A program made the translations under genes and the position numbers. A stretch of DNA of 64,000 nucleotides from Eubacteriales bacterium (GTDB lineage: Bacteria > Bacillota > Clostridia > Oscillospirales > CAG-272): NCBI GenBank assembly GCA_045587445.1, contig JAZNCH010000053.1, positions 13,978 to 77,977 of the forward strand, given 5' to 3'. This document shows, in pieces, positions 53,432 through 62,819 of this stretch; the stretch's first letter is position 1; every line of letters starts with the position of its first letter. Below the pieces are notes generated by a model, which was not told where the DNA came from, did no database searches, and saw nothing but the letters and a program-made list of their open reading frames with translations.

Positions 53432-54823
53432 ATGAATACCAGAATTGAGAAAGACTCGGTAGGAACCCTTGAAATACCCGTGGATGCATACTACGGTGTA
53501 CAGTCATATAGAGCAAAGCTCAATTTCCCGATTACAGGACGAAATATGTCTGCGGAAATGATTAACTCTCTTGCAGAGGTTAAGAAGGCGGCGGCAATTG
53601 CGAATTACAACGACGGCGGACTTTCCGAAGATGTATATAAAGCAATAGTTGAAGCATGTGATTTTATTATTGCGGGCAATTTGCATGACCAGTTTATCTG
53701 TGATCCTATTCAGGGCGGTGCAGGTACTTCTGCGAATATGAATGCCAATGAAGTTGTTGCGAACAAGGCACTTGAAATACTTGGACAGGCTAAGGGCGAT
53801 TACAAGATGGTACACCCGAATGACCACGTAAACCTTTGTCAGTCTACAAATGACGTATATCCCACAGCAGGAAAGCTGACAGCATTGAAGCTTATTGACA
53901 AGCTTTTGCCAAAATTAGAGCATCTTCTTTATTCTCTTAACAAGAAGGCAGCAGAGTATGAAGGCATTATAAAGATGGGAAGAACACAGCTTCAGGACGC
54001 AGTTCCCGTAAGCCTTGGCGGTTCTTTTAAGGCGTTTGCGAGTGCGATTTCAAGAGATATAGAAAGAATAAGAAAGACGGCAGACGGACTTAAGACGATA
54101 AATATGGCGGCTACAGCAGTTGGTTCATGTATAAACGCTACACAGGGATATTACGATAATATTATGAAGTGTATGTGTGACGTTACAGGATACGACTTGG
54201 TAAGGTCAAATGATTTGTATGACGGCACACAGAATCTTGATACCTTTGTATATGTTTCGGGAGCAATAAAAGCGTGTGCGGTAAATATGTCAAAGATGTC
54301 GAATGACTTAAGACTTATGTCAAGCGGTCCCAAGACTGGACTTGGAGAGATAGTACTTCCTCCGAGACAGAACGGCTCTTCGATAATGCCCGGAAAGATA
54401 AACCCGGTAATTCCCGAGGTTGTGTCTCAGGTTGCATTTAATATTATCGGTAACGATATGACGATAACAATGGCGGCAGAAGCAGGACAACTCGAACTTA
54501 ATGCATTTGAACCTGTACTTTTCTATAACTTATTTGAGTCAATAGAGACGTTGGGTAATGCGGCAATGACTTTGGCAGATAACTGCATTGACGGTATAGT
54601 TGCAAATGCAGATACTTGCAAATCATACGTTGAGAGAAGTGCGGGACTTGTTACAGCACTTTGTCCTGTAATCGGATACGTTAAGTCGGCGGATATAGCA
54701 AAGAAAATAATATCCTCCGGTAAAACGGCAAAAGAGTATCTTTTAGAAGAAGGCACGTTTACAGAGAAAGAGATAGACGAGCTTCTTGACCCGGCAAAGC
54801 TTGTTTGGCCTATAAACCATTAA
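53432..54823 (+). CDS. aspA: Aspartate ammonia-lyase
   Basis: Lyase_1 family with GSSIMPGKINPVIPE (the AspA-type SS-loop, not the FumC type). Confidence 0.85.
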   Translation: MNTRIEKDSVGTLEIPVDAYYGVQSYRAKLNFPITGRNMSAEMINSLAEVKKAAAIANYNDGGLSEDVYKAIVEACDFIIAGNLHDQFICDPIQGGAGTSANMNANEVVANKALEILGQAKGDYKMVHPNDHVNLCQSTNDVYPTAGKLTALKLIDKLLPKLEHLLYSLNKKAAEYEGIIKMGRTQLQDAVPVSLGGSFKAFASAISRDIERIRKTADGLKTINMAATAVGSCINATQGYYDNIMKCMCDVTGYDLVRSNDLYDGTQNLDTFVYVSGAIKACAVNMSKMSNDLRLMSSGPKTGLGEIVLPPRQNGSSIMPGKINPVIPEVVSQVAFNIIGNDMTITMAAEAGQLELNAFEPVLFYNLFESIETLGNAAMTLADNCIDGIVANADTCKSYVERSAGLVTALCPVIGYVKSADIAKKIISSGKTAKEYLLEEGTFTEKEIDELLDPAKLVWPINH

Positions 54824-54837
54824 GTGAATACATAGAA

Positions 54838-54870
54838 ACTCCCGAGGACAAGCGTCTTCGGGAGTTTTTT
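54838..54870 (+). terminator. Intrinsic terminator after aspA
   Basis: actcccga...tcgggagt followed by tttttt. Confidence 0.7.
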
Positions 54871-54893
54871 AAATATAAAATATACGTAAACTC

Positions 54894-54922
54894 TTGACAA
54901 TTACGAATATATTTGTTATAAT
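54894..54922 (+). promoter_or_regulatory. Sigma-A consensus promoter of tRNA-Leu(CAA)
   Basis: TTGACA, 17-nt spacer, TATAAT. Confidence 0.7.
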
Positions 54923-54942
54923 ACAAAATGTTGAAAATAATC

Positions 54943-55029
54943 GCCGGAATGATGGAATTGGCAGACGTGCTGGACTCAAAATCCAGTGGTAGCGATACCG
55001 TGCGGGTTCGACCCCCGCTTCCGGCACCA
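54943..55029 (+). tRNA. tRNA-Leu (anticodon CAA)
   Basis: Acceptor gccggaa/ttccggc, anticodon stem ctgga/tccag with loop CUCAAAA, long variable arm, T-arm gcggg-ttcgacc-cccgc, encoded CCA. Confidence 0.9.
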
Positions 55030-55034
55030 GAAAA

Positions 55035-55062
55035 AGACCAAGTCAATTGACTTGGTCTTTTT
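55035..55062. terminator. Terminator after tRNA-Leu
   Basis: agaccaagtc-aatt-gacttggtct flanked by an A-run and a T-run. Confidence 0.7.
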
Positions 55063-55066
55063 CAAT

Positions 55067-55235
55067 GAAATTCGCCTTACGGCGAGTGAAATAGCTTCGC
55101 TGTGAAATACGCTTACGCGTATGAAATATTTGCTTCGCAAATGTTAGGAGGCGAATTTTATTTCACATTTTGCCGCCGAGGCAAAATATTTTATAATTCG
55201 TAGAATTGTTTCATATTGCATAGCAATATTTCATT
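55067..55235. repeat. Array of six tandem mini-hairpins separated by (g)tgaaat spacers
   Basis: Hairpins at 55072-85, 55091-103, 55107-22, 55128-42, 55167-87 and 55213-29. Long-range complement gaaattcgcc (55067-76) / ggcgaatttt (55150-59). Confidence 0.6.
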
Positions 55236-55273
55236 AATTATGTTATAATATTGCAAAAGAGGTGATTATATTA

Positions 55274-55999
55274 ATGACCGAAAATATAATTAACGGAATA
55301 AGAATACATCACTATTATTGTGTTGATTCGACGAACAGAATAGCCCTTGAAAATACAAATGCACAGCACCTTTTGACAGTAATAGCCGATAGTCAGACCG
55401 GTGGAAAGGGGAGAATGGGCAGACAGTATTTTTCGTATAACGGCGGTTTATATATGTCTGTTGTTTTGAGGTTGTCAGAGATTGATATTCCTATAAATTT
55501 ATGTACCCCCGCAGCGGCGTTGGCTGTAAAGGGAGCATTGGAAAATGTAGGTGTATCGAGCGTTAAGATAAAGTGGGTAAACGACATATTGCTCAATGAA
55601 AAGAAGATATGCGGTATTCTTACCGAATGTCGAACAGCAGAAGAGGGCATAAAAAGTATAGTGGTGGGTATAGGAATCAATCTTACCGAGCCCGAGAATG
55701 ACTTTCCCGCGGAGATAAAACATAAGGCGGGTTACGCGAATTTTAGCGGCGACAAATTAGTACTTGCTTCTGATATTACAATTAGGCTTGGAGAGCTTGT
55801 GAAAAAGAAACCTAACGATATTGTAGCAGAATACGAAAAGAATATGGTGTGGATAGGCGAAAACGTAACTGTAACCGATTATGCAGATAATAACAGGAAA
55901 ATTACAGGTAAAATAATCGGTGTAAATGACGATTGTTTTTTAAAGATAAAACTTGACGACGGAACAGAAAGGTTACTTTCGTCGGGAGAAATAATATAG
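55274..55999 (+). CDS. birA: Biotin--[acetyl-CoA-carboxylase] ligase (no N-terminal HTH)
   Basis: QTGGKGRMGRQY biotin-binding loop and KWVNDILL motif. ATG 55274 lies after AGAGGTG. Confidence 0.88.
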   Translation: MTENIINGIRIHHYYCVDSTNRIALENTNAQHLLTVIADSQTGGKGRMGRQYFSYNGGLYMSVVLRLSEIDIPINLCTPAAALAVKGALENVGVSSVKIKWVNDILLNEKKICGILTECRTAEEGIKSIVVGIGINLTEPENDFPAEIKHKAGYANFSGDKLVLASDITIRLGELVKKKPNDIVAEYEKNMVWIGENVTVTDYADNNRKITGKIIGVNDDCFLKIKLDDGTERLLSSGEII

Positions 56000-56000
56000 A

Positions 56001-56031
56001 AAAAAAGCTGTGTTTTTACACAGCCTTTTTT
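56001..56031. terminator. Bidirectional terminator between birA and the decarboxylase operon
   Basis: aaaaaa-gctgtg-ttttta-cacagc-cttttt. Confidence 0.65.
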
Positions 56032-56053
56032 ATGAGTTTGTTTATTAACAAAC

Positions 56054-57457
56054 TTATGTCAAATCTTGTACAAAAAGTTCGCGAACAGTATTTTCGTCGT
56101 CTTTCTTACCGCCTGCGTTGCGTTCAGCAAGGAACTTGGGAGCAACCTGAGGAAAGAGGGCGAATGAAAGAACGTCTTCGTCGCATTTAGCGAGGTCTTT
56201 TGCTTCCTCGCGGTACTTTTCAAATTCGGGAGCGATAAGGTCTGCAGGTCTGCAAGTGATTATTTCCGTATCGTCGCCGAGAACCTTTTTGCGAACCTCT
56301 TCGTTAACTTCACCGGGGAGCTGACCGTATTCGCCGTGAAGAAGGCCTTTGGATTCTTTTGTAGCCATCTTGTAGCGTTCGCCGGTGAGAACGTTAAGAA
56401 CTGCTTGGCTGCCTACGATCTGGCTTGTAGGAGTTACGAGGGGAGGATAACCGAAGTCTTTTCTGACTCTCGGTACTTCTTCAAGAACTGCATAGTATTT
56501 ATCTTCTGCTTTAGCTTGTTTAAGCTGAGAAATAAGGTTGGAAAGCATACCGCCGGGAACTTGATAGAGCAGAGTGTTGGGGTCAACGTTGAGAACTTTT
56601 GGGTCAAGGAATCCGTCTTCTTTGAGCTTAGCGGCAATGTTACGGAAGTGTGCCGCAGGTTTTGTCAAGAGACCGAGGTCAATGCCTGTATCGTATTCCG
56701 TACCCTTAAGTGTAGCAACGAGTGCTTCGGTAGAGGGCTGAGATGTACCGTTGGCAAGAGGAGAAAGTGCTGTATCGATAATATCAACACCCGCCTGAAT
56801 TGCCATAAGGTATGTCATTTCGCCCGTACCGGTTGTGTTATGAGTATGAAGATGTATCGGAACGTTAACCTTTTTCTTCATAGCTTTTACAAGAGAGTAT
56901 GCATCGAAGGGAAGGAGCAAGTTTGCCATATCCTTGATACAGATTGTATCAGCACCCATATCCTGCAATTTAACAGCAAGGTCAACGAAATATTCCTCGT
57001 TGTGAACAGGGCTTACGGTATAGCTTATAGCGGCTTCTGCGATTCCCTTATATTTTTTTGTGGCTCGCATAGCGGCTTCCATATTTCTTGTATCGTTAAG
57101 TGCGTCGAATATTCTGATTACATCGATGCCGTTTTCGATAGATTTTTTGATAAACATATCAACAACGTCATCGGCATAGTGCTTATAACCGAGAAGATTC
57201 TGTCCGCGAAGAAGCATTTGAAGCTTTGTGTCGGGAAGATTTTTTTTGAGAGTTCTGAGTCTTTCCCAAGGGTCTTCACCGAGAAATCTCATACAAGAGT
57301 CAAAGGTAGCTCCGCCCCAACATTCGAGAGACCAGAAGCCTGCTTCATTGAGTTCTTTACACGCCGGAATCATATCTTCGATTCTCATTCTTGTAGCCGC
57401 TTGAGATTGGTGAGCGTCACGGAGAATTGTATCTGTAATAAAAACTTTTTTAGCCAT
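56054..57457 (-). CDS. Carboxyltransferase (5S / OadA-type alpha) subunit of a Na+-translocating decarboxylase, lacking a biotinyl domain
   Basis: ITDTILRDAHQS and HLHTHNTTG TIM-barrel metal-site motifs. 467 aa with no C-terminal AMKM domain. Confidence 0.85.
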   Translation of the reverse strand: MAKKVFITDTILRDAHQSQAATRMRIEDMIPACKELNEAGFWSLECWGGATFDSCMRFLGEDPWERLRTLKKNLPDTKLQMLLRGQNLLGYKHYADDVVDMFIKKSIENGIDVIRIFDALNDTRNMEAAMRATKKYKGIAEAAISYTVSPVHNEEYFVDLAVKLQDMGADTICIKDMANLLLPFDAYSLVKAMKKKVNVPIHLHTHNTTGTGEMTYLMAIQAGVDIIDTALSPLANGTSQPSTEALVATLKGTEYDTGIDLGLLTKPAAHFRNIAAKLKEDGFLDPKVLNVDPNTLLYQVPGGMLSNLISQLKQAKAEDKYYAVLEEVPRVRKDFGYPPLVTPTSQIVGSQAVLNVLTGERYKMATKESKGLLHGEYGQLPGEVNEEVRKKVLGDDTEIITCRPADLIAPEFEKYREEAKDLAKCDEDVLSFALFPQVAPKFLAERNAGGKKDDENTVRELFVQDLT

Positions 57458-57474
57458 AAATACTTACCTCATAA

Positions 57475-58662
57475 TTAACCGCCGAAAATAGCTATTAATA
57501 CGCCTGCCGCAATAGCAGAGCCTATAACTCCGGCAACGTTTGGCCCCATAGCGTGCATAAGAAGGAAGTTGGAGGGATTTTCTTCCTGACCGACCTTCTG
57601 AGAAACGCGGGCCGCCATAGGAACTGCAGAAACGCCTGCAGAACCCATAAGGGGATTGATTTTCTTTCCTTCGGGAAGGAAAAGGTTCATGAATTTAGCG
57701 ATAATAACACCGAAGGCAGTAGCAACACCAAACGCTACAACACCCATAATGATAATTTTGATAGTTTGAAGCTTAAGGAAGGTAGAACCGGTTGCGGTAG
57801 CACCGACGGAAATTCCGAGGAATACCGTAACGATATTCATAAGCTCGTTTTGTACTGTTTTTGAGAGACGTTCGCACACACCGCATTCTTTGAGGAGGTT
57901 ACCGAACATAAGTGCACCAATCAAAGGAGCGGCACTTGGAACTATTAATGCAACGAATATTGTAGAAACAATGGGAAATATAATCTTCTGCAATTTAGAA
58001 ACGGGCTTCAAAGTGTCCATAACTATAGCGCGTTCTTCTTTTGTTGTAAGAGCCTTCATGATAGGGGGCTGAATAACGGGAACCAATGCCATATACGAAT
58101 AAGCTGCAACGGCTATAGGTCCGAGCAGATGAGATGCAAGTTTTGACGTAACGAAGATTGCAGTAGGGCCGTCCGCGCCGCCTATAATACCGATAGAACT
58201 TGCTTCAGGGCCTGTAAAACCGAGAAGAATGGCAACGGCATAGGTAGCAAAAATACCTATCTGAGCAGCCGCACCGAGAAGAAGACTTTTTGGGTTAGCA
58301 ATCAACGGACCAAAGTCTGTCATAGCACCGACACCGATAAAGATAAGACAGGGATAAATCCCCAGCTTAACTCCAAGGTAGAGCACGTCGATAAGACCAA
58401 TACTCTTTACGTCTGCAAATGTGCCCCAGTTAACGGTACCGTTTGCAAATATTTGTTCGTGGAAAATACCTGCACCCGGGAGGTTTGTGAGAAGCATACC
58501 GACCGCGATGGGAAGAAGGAGTAATGGTTCAAACTTCTTTCCTATAGCAAGGTAACACAAAAGACAGGCAATACCAATCATAATGAGGTTTTTCCATCCG
58601 CCTTGTTCAAAGAACAGGGCAAAACCCGTATCGTTTAAAAAGTTAATTAAAGCGTCCATCAA
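57475..58662 (-). CDS. Na+-translocating decarboxylase beta subunit (OadB/MmdB/GcdB family)
   Basis: 395-aa polytopic protein with [10 protein letters not shown] and [11 protein letters not shown] family motifs. Confidence 0.88.
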   Translation of the reverse strand: MMDALINFLNDTGFALFFEQGGWKNLIMIGIACLLCYLAIGKKFEPLLLLPIAVGMLLTNLPGAGIFHEQIFANGTVNWGTFADVKSIGLIDVLYLGVKLGIYPCLIFIGVGAMTDFGPLIANPKSLLLGAAAQIGIFATYAVAILLGFTGPEASSIGIIGGADGPTAIFVTSKLASHLLGPIAVAAYSYMALVPVIQPPIMKALTTKEERAIVMDTLKPVSKLQKIIFPIVSTIFVALIVPSAAPLIGALMFGNLLKECGVCERLSKTVQNELMNIVTVFLGISVGATATGSTFLKLQTIKIIIMGVVAFGVATAFGVIIAKFMNLFLPEGKKINPLMGSAGVSAVPMAARVSQKVGQEENPSNFLLMHAMGPNVAGVIGSAIAAGVLIAIFGG

Positions 58663-58679
58663 ATGTCCTCCGAAAACAA

Positions 58680-59015
58680 TTATGCGAGAGTGCAGAGAAC
58701 AGCACCCGAGTCAACGGAAGTGCCTACCTGAACGTTTACGGAAGCAACCGTACCATCGGAGGGGGCCATAATTTCGTTTTCCATCTTCATAGCTTCAAGA
58801 ATCATAAGAACGTCGCCTTTTTTGACAGACTGACCGTTAGCAACGTTAACTTTAAGTATAGTACCGGGCATAGGGGAGTTAATTGTAACAGAACCGGAAG
58901 AAGCGGGAGCGGAAGCCGCATGCGTTGCGGGAGCGTTCTTTAATTCTTCTTTGTCAATAATTTCAAGTGTGATTTCGTATACGTTTCCATTTACGTTAAC
59001 TTTGTAAGCTTTCAT
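58680..59015 (-). CDS. Stand-alone biotin carboxyl carrier protein
   Basis: C-terminal [11 protein letters not shown] biotinylation motif. 111 aa. Confidence 0.88.
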   Translation of the reverse strand: MKAYKVNVNGNVYEITLEIIDKEELKNAPATHAASAPASSGSVTINSPMPGTILKVNVANGQSVKKGDVLMILEAMKMENEIMAPSDGTVASVNVQVGTSVDSGAVLCTLA

Positions 59016-59039
59016 TTTTCTTTACCTCTTTACAGTTAA

Positions 59040-59360
59040 TTAAAGTTTTTTGAACGAAACTACTCGAATTGCCGAGATGTCCGTTCCGTTTTCTTCTGCG
59101 ATTGCTGCACATATCGCCGCAAGCAATTCTTGTTTGTTTTCAATGGGAGCCGCTTTTGTCTCTAAAGTCTGTACGTTGTTTGTAACGGCGGGAGTTTGTG
59201 TTTGCGGTGCTTCTTTGTAGTTGCGGAAAAACGCGTTCATAATATTAACGATTCCGACGAGCAAAGCAAGACCGACAAAAACTACACCAATTCCAAGTGC
59301 ACAAACAAGCAAAATAGAGGGTTCTTCAGTACTTGTTGATTGAAGTAGGTAGTTGCCCAT
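59040..59360 (-). CDS. OadG-like gamma subunit
   Basis: 106 aa with a single N-terminal TM (LLVCALGIGVVFVGLALLVGI), first gene of the operon. Confidence 0.7.
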   Translation of the reverse strand: MGNYLLQSTSTEEPSILLVCALGIGVVFVGLALLVGIVNIMNAFFRNYKEAPQTQTPAVTNNVQTLETKAAPIENKQELLAAICAAIAEENGTDISAIRVVSFKKL

Positions 59361-59525
59361 TTTTTTACTCCTTTTTTATTGTAATTTTATTAATTTCTTT
59401 ATAAATTTTGAAATAATCAAAAAACATATTTAGTTTACCATATTTTTGGGTGAATATGGTAAAAAAGGTGTGATATTAACAAAAAATTCACAATTCTTAT
59501 TAAACATTATTTATTCAAAAAAATA

Positions 59526-59554
59526 TTGACATCTTGTTTTATGGGGGGTATAAT
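59526..59554 (+). promoter_or_regulatory. Sigma-A consensus promoter of the pheA-aro operon
   Basis: TTGACA, 17-nt spacer, TATAAT. Confidence 0.7.
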
Positions 59555-59606
59555 TATTTTTATATTTATTTTAAAATATATTTTTAGGTAAAAGGGGCAA
59601 AGGGTA

Positions 59607-60695
59607 ATGAGTAAGCTTCAAAAAGCGAGAGAAATAATCAACGGCGCTGACAGGGAGATGGCACGTCTTTTTGAAAAGAGAATGGATGCTGTTAAGATGG
59701 TTTTCGAATATAAAAAAGAAAATGGCATTCCGATTGACGATTTTGGCCGAGAGGAAGAAATGATTAAGCGTAATTCAGATTATATTGAAAACGAAGAATA
59801 TAGGTCATATTACGTAAACTTTTTGAAGAACAGCATAAAGCTTTCAAAGGATATGCAGCACAAGCTTCTCGAGGGAATGAAGGTTGCATACAGTGGAGTT
59901 GAGGGGGCATTTTCAAATATTGCGGCACAAAAAATATTTCCCGATGCACTTTGTGTTCCTTACGGTGATTTTAAAGCTGCATATAAAGCTGTAGAGAACG
60001 GTGAATGTGATTGTGTTTTGTTGCCTATTGAAAACAGCCACAACGGTGACGTTGGAAACGTGCTTGATTTGGCGTTTTTCGGCAGTCTTTATATAAACGG
60101 TGTATACGAAGCGGACGTTGTACAGAACCTTTTGGCAAATAAAGGGACGACTATTGATGATATAAAAAAAGTAATCAGTCATCCTCAGGCGTTGGGACAA
60201 AGCGCATCATATATTGAAAAATATGGTTTTGAAACCGAAGAGGCGGTTAATACGGCAGTTGCCGCAAAAATGGTTGCAGAATCGGGAAGAAATGACATTG
60301 CGGCAATAGGAAGTATTGAAGCGGCTGAAAAATTTGGTTTAAAAGTTCTTGCTTCTCACATTAACGAAAGTAATACAAATACAACGAGATTTGCTGTGTT
60401 TTCACGTTCAAACAGATTGCCTTCTTCAACAGATGATAGGTTTATTATGTTATTTACGGTAAAGAATGCCGCAGGTTCGTTGGGACGAGCAGTTTCGGTG
60501 ATCGGTCAGCATGGATTTAACCTGAGAGCTTTAAAGAGCAGACCTACCAAAGAATTGGTATGGGACTATTTCTTCTATGTAGAGGGTGAGGGTAATATAG
60601 ACAGTTGGCAGGGCAAGGCTATGCTTGAAGAATTGGAGAAGTGTTGCTCGAATTTAAAGGTTATAGGAAGATTTGAAAAAGAAATTCATATTTAA
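59607..60695 (+). CDS. pheA: Bifunctional chorismate mutase / prephenate dehydratase
   Basis: N-terminal CM_2 helix bundle (REMARLFEKRM), PDT domain (VAYSGVEGAFS...PIENS), C-terminal ACT. Confidence 0.88.
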   Translation: MSKLQKAREIINGADREMARLFEKRMDAVKMVFEYKKENGIPIDDFGREEEMIKRNSDYIENEEYRSYYVNFLKNSIKLSKDMQHKLLEGMKVAYSGVEGAFSNIAAQKIFPDALCVPYGDFKAAYKAVENGECDCVLLPIENSHNGDVGNVLDLAFFGSLYINGVYEADVVQNLLANKGTTIDDIKKVISHPQALGQSASYIEKYGFETEEAVNTAVAAKMVAESGRNDIAAIGSIEAAEKFGLKVLASHINESNTNTTRFAVFSRSNRLPSSTDDRFIMLFTVKNAAGSLGRAVSVIGQHGFNLRALKSRPTKELVWDYFFYVEGEGNIDSWQGKAMLEELEKCCSNLKVIGRFEKEIHI

Positions 60696-60707
60696 TGGGG
60701 CGAAAAA

Positions 60708-61718
60708 ATGATTATTCCAATTAAAACTCAAAATGGCTCATATAACATATATCTTGGAAGAGGCGGATTAAAAAAAGCGGGGGAATACTTTAACTTGAAT
60801 CGAAAGGTTTTGGTTGTAACCGATTCGGGAGTACCTGCAGAATATGCCGAAACAGTTGCAGAGTGCTGTAAGAGTGCTGTAATTGTTACCATAGAAATGG
60901 GGGAAAAATCCAAGAATATAGATACTTTCAAATATTTGCTGGAGTGTTTGGTAAATAACAATTTTACAAGAACCGACTGTGTTGTTGCAGTAGGCGGCGG
61001 AGTTGTGGGTGATTTATCGGGCTTTGTTGCATCTGCATTTATGCGAGGTATTGATTTTTATAATATACCTACGACGGTTTTGTCTCAGGTTGATTCCTCT
61101 ATTGGCGGCAAGACTGCTATAGATTTTATGGGACTTAAGAATATTGTAGGTGCATTTTATCCACCGATGGGAGTACTTATTGACCCCGATACGTTGAAGA
61201 CGTTGCCGAAGAGACAAATATCAAACGGACTTGCAGAGGCGTTGAAGATGTCGATGATTGCAGATCCCGTATTGTTTGATATATTTGAAAATGGCGATAT
61301 AGAATCCGATATAGATAATATAATTGAACGTTCACTTCGCATTAAGAAATACGTAGTTGAAGAGGACGAGAAGGAATCGGGATTACGTAAGACGTTAAAC
61401 TTTGGTCATACTTTGGCTCACGCCATTGAAAGCGTAAACGAGCTTGAGACCTACTATCACGGTGAGTGCGTAAGTATAGGTATGGTACCTATGTGTGCTC
61501 CCGACGTAAGAGAGAGACTTTTGCCTATACTAAAAAAGCTTGATCTTCCGACAGATACTGAATATACAGCAGAACAGCTTATAGATGCTTGCAGACATGA
61601 CAAGAAGACGTCGGGGGACATTATAACAATTGTATACGTTTCCGAGATAGGCAAATCAGAGCTTAGAAAGATGGCGTTTGTTGAATATGAAGAGTTAGTA
61701 AAGAAGGTGCTTGGATAG
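60708..61718 (+). CDS. aroB: 3-dehydroquinate synthase
   Basis: AVGGGVVGDLSGF, SSIGGKTAIDF, NFGHTLAHAIE motifs. Confidence 0.92.
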   Translation: MIIPIKTQNGSYNIYLGRGGLKKAGEYFNLNRKVLVVTDSGVPAEYAETVAECCKSAVIVTIEMGEKSKNIDTFKYLLECLVNNNFTRTDCVVAVGGGVVGDLSGFVASAFMRGIDFYNIPTTVLSQVDSSIGGKTAIDFMGLKNIVGAFYPPMGVLIDPDTLKTLPKRQISNGLAEALKMSMIADPVLFDIFENGDIESDIDNIIERSLRIKKYVVEEDEKESGLRKTLNFGHTLAHAIESVNELETYYHGECVSIGMVPMCAPDVRERLLPILKKLDLPTDTEYTAEQLIDACRHDKKTSGDIITIVYVSEIGKSELRKMAFVEYEELVKKVLG

Positions 61719-61721
61719 AAT

Positions 61722-62816
61722 ATGAAAAATACCTTTGGAAATAATTTAACCATAACAGTGTTTGGTGAAAGTCACGGCAGTGCAATTGGAGCTGTTATTG
61801 ACGGAATAGCTCCCGGAATTGAAGTTGACAAGGACTATATAAGTAAGCTCTTGACACTGCGTAGACCCTCGGGTTCAATATCTACCGCAAGACAAGAGGC
61901 TGACGAATTTGTGATAGAAAGCGGTGTTTTTGAGGGAAAGACAACAGGAACGCCGATTTGCATATTGATTCCCAATAACGATACTCGTTCAAAGGATTAT
62001 TCTGCGACACGTTGGTTGGCAAGACCGTCTCACGCCGATTATACAGCAAATTGCAAGTATCACGGTTTTGAGGATTACAGAGGCGGCGGCCATTTTAGCG
62101 GCAGAATTACTGCGGCGATAGTGGCAGCAGGGGCGATAGTTATGTCTGCCCTAAACAAAAAAGGGATAAAGATAGGTACGCATATAAAGAAGTGTGCGGG
62201 AATATCTGACGTTGATTTTTCCGATAATATCAATTTTGAGATAGACAGCTTGTATGAAAAGGGCTTTGCTGTACTTGATGATTCTGTTGCAGAAAGAATG
62301 ACCGATGCAATAACAGAAGCGAAGAAAAACGGGAACAGCGTAGGCGGTATACTTGAAACTGTTATAACAGGACTTGATGCAGGTGTAGGAGAACCTATGT
62401 TTGATACACTTGAGGGTATGATTTCACACGGCGTGTTTGCTATTCCCGGAATAAAGGGTGTTGAATTCGGTGCAGGTTTTGGTATAGCCGATATGACGGG
62501 AAAAGAAGCAAACGACAGTTTTTATACAAGAGACAGCAAAATATATACAAAGACGAATAATGCAGGTGGAATAAACGGCGGAATAACAAACGGTATGACT
62601 GTAATATTCAGATGTGCCGTAAGACCTACCCCTACCTTGAGTATGGAACAAGATACGGTAGATATTAAAGAAATGCAAGACACCGTTCTTCTTTCAAAAG
62701 GAAGACACGACCCTTGTATAGTACACAGAGCAAGAATAGTTGTTGACTGTATTACCGCATTGACAGTTGCGGATATGCTCACAACAAGATACGGAACGGA
62801 TTGGTTGGCGAAATAA
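61722..62816 (+). CDS. aroC: Chorismate synthase
   Basis: FGESHG, RPSHADY, GGGHFSGR, RHDPC motifs. Confidence 0.94.
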   Translation: MKNTFGNNLTITVFGESHGSAIGAVIDGIAPGIEVDKDYISKLLTLRRPSGSISTARQEADEFVIESGVFEGKTTGTPICILIPNNDTRSKDYSATRWLARPSHADYTANCKYHGFEDYRGGGHFSGRITAAIVAAGAIVMSALNKKGIKIGTHIKKCAGISDVDFSDNINFEIDSLYEKGFAVLDDSVAERMTDAITEAKKNGNSVGGILETVITGLDAGVGEPMFDTLEGMISHGVFAIPGIKGVEFGAGFGIADMTGKEANDSFYTRDSKIYTKTNNAGGINGGITNGMTVIFRCAVRPTPTLSMEQDTVDIKEMQDTVLLSKGRHDPCIVHRARIVVDCITALTVADMLTTRYGTDWLAK

Positions 62817-62819
62817 AAA

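Noticed and set aside
56336-57478. 380-aa ORF on the plus strand, antisense to the decarboxylase alpha subunit
   Set aside because: It is exactly antisense to a confidently identified gene. The translation is Cys/Phe/Lys-rich junk with no SD. Such shadow ORFs arise when the sense gene avoids TTA/CTA/TCA codons.
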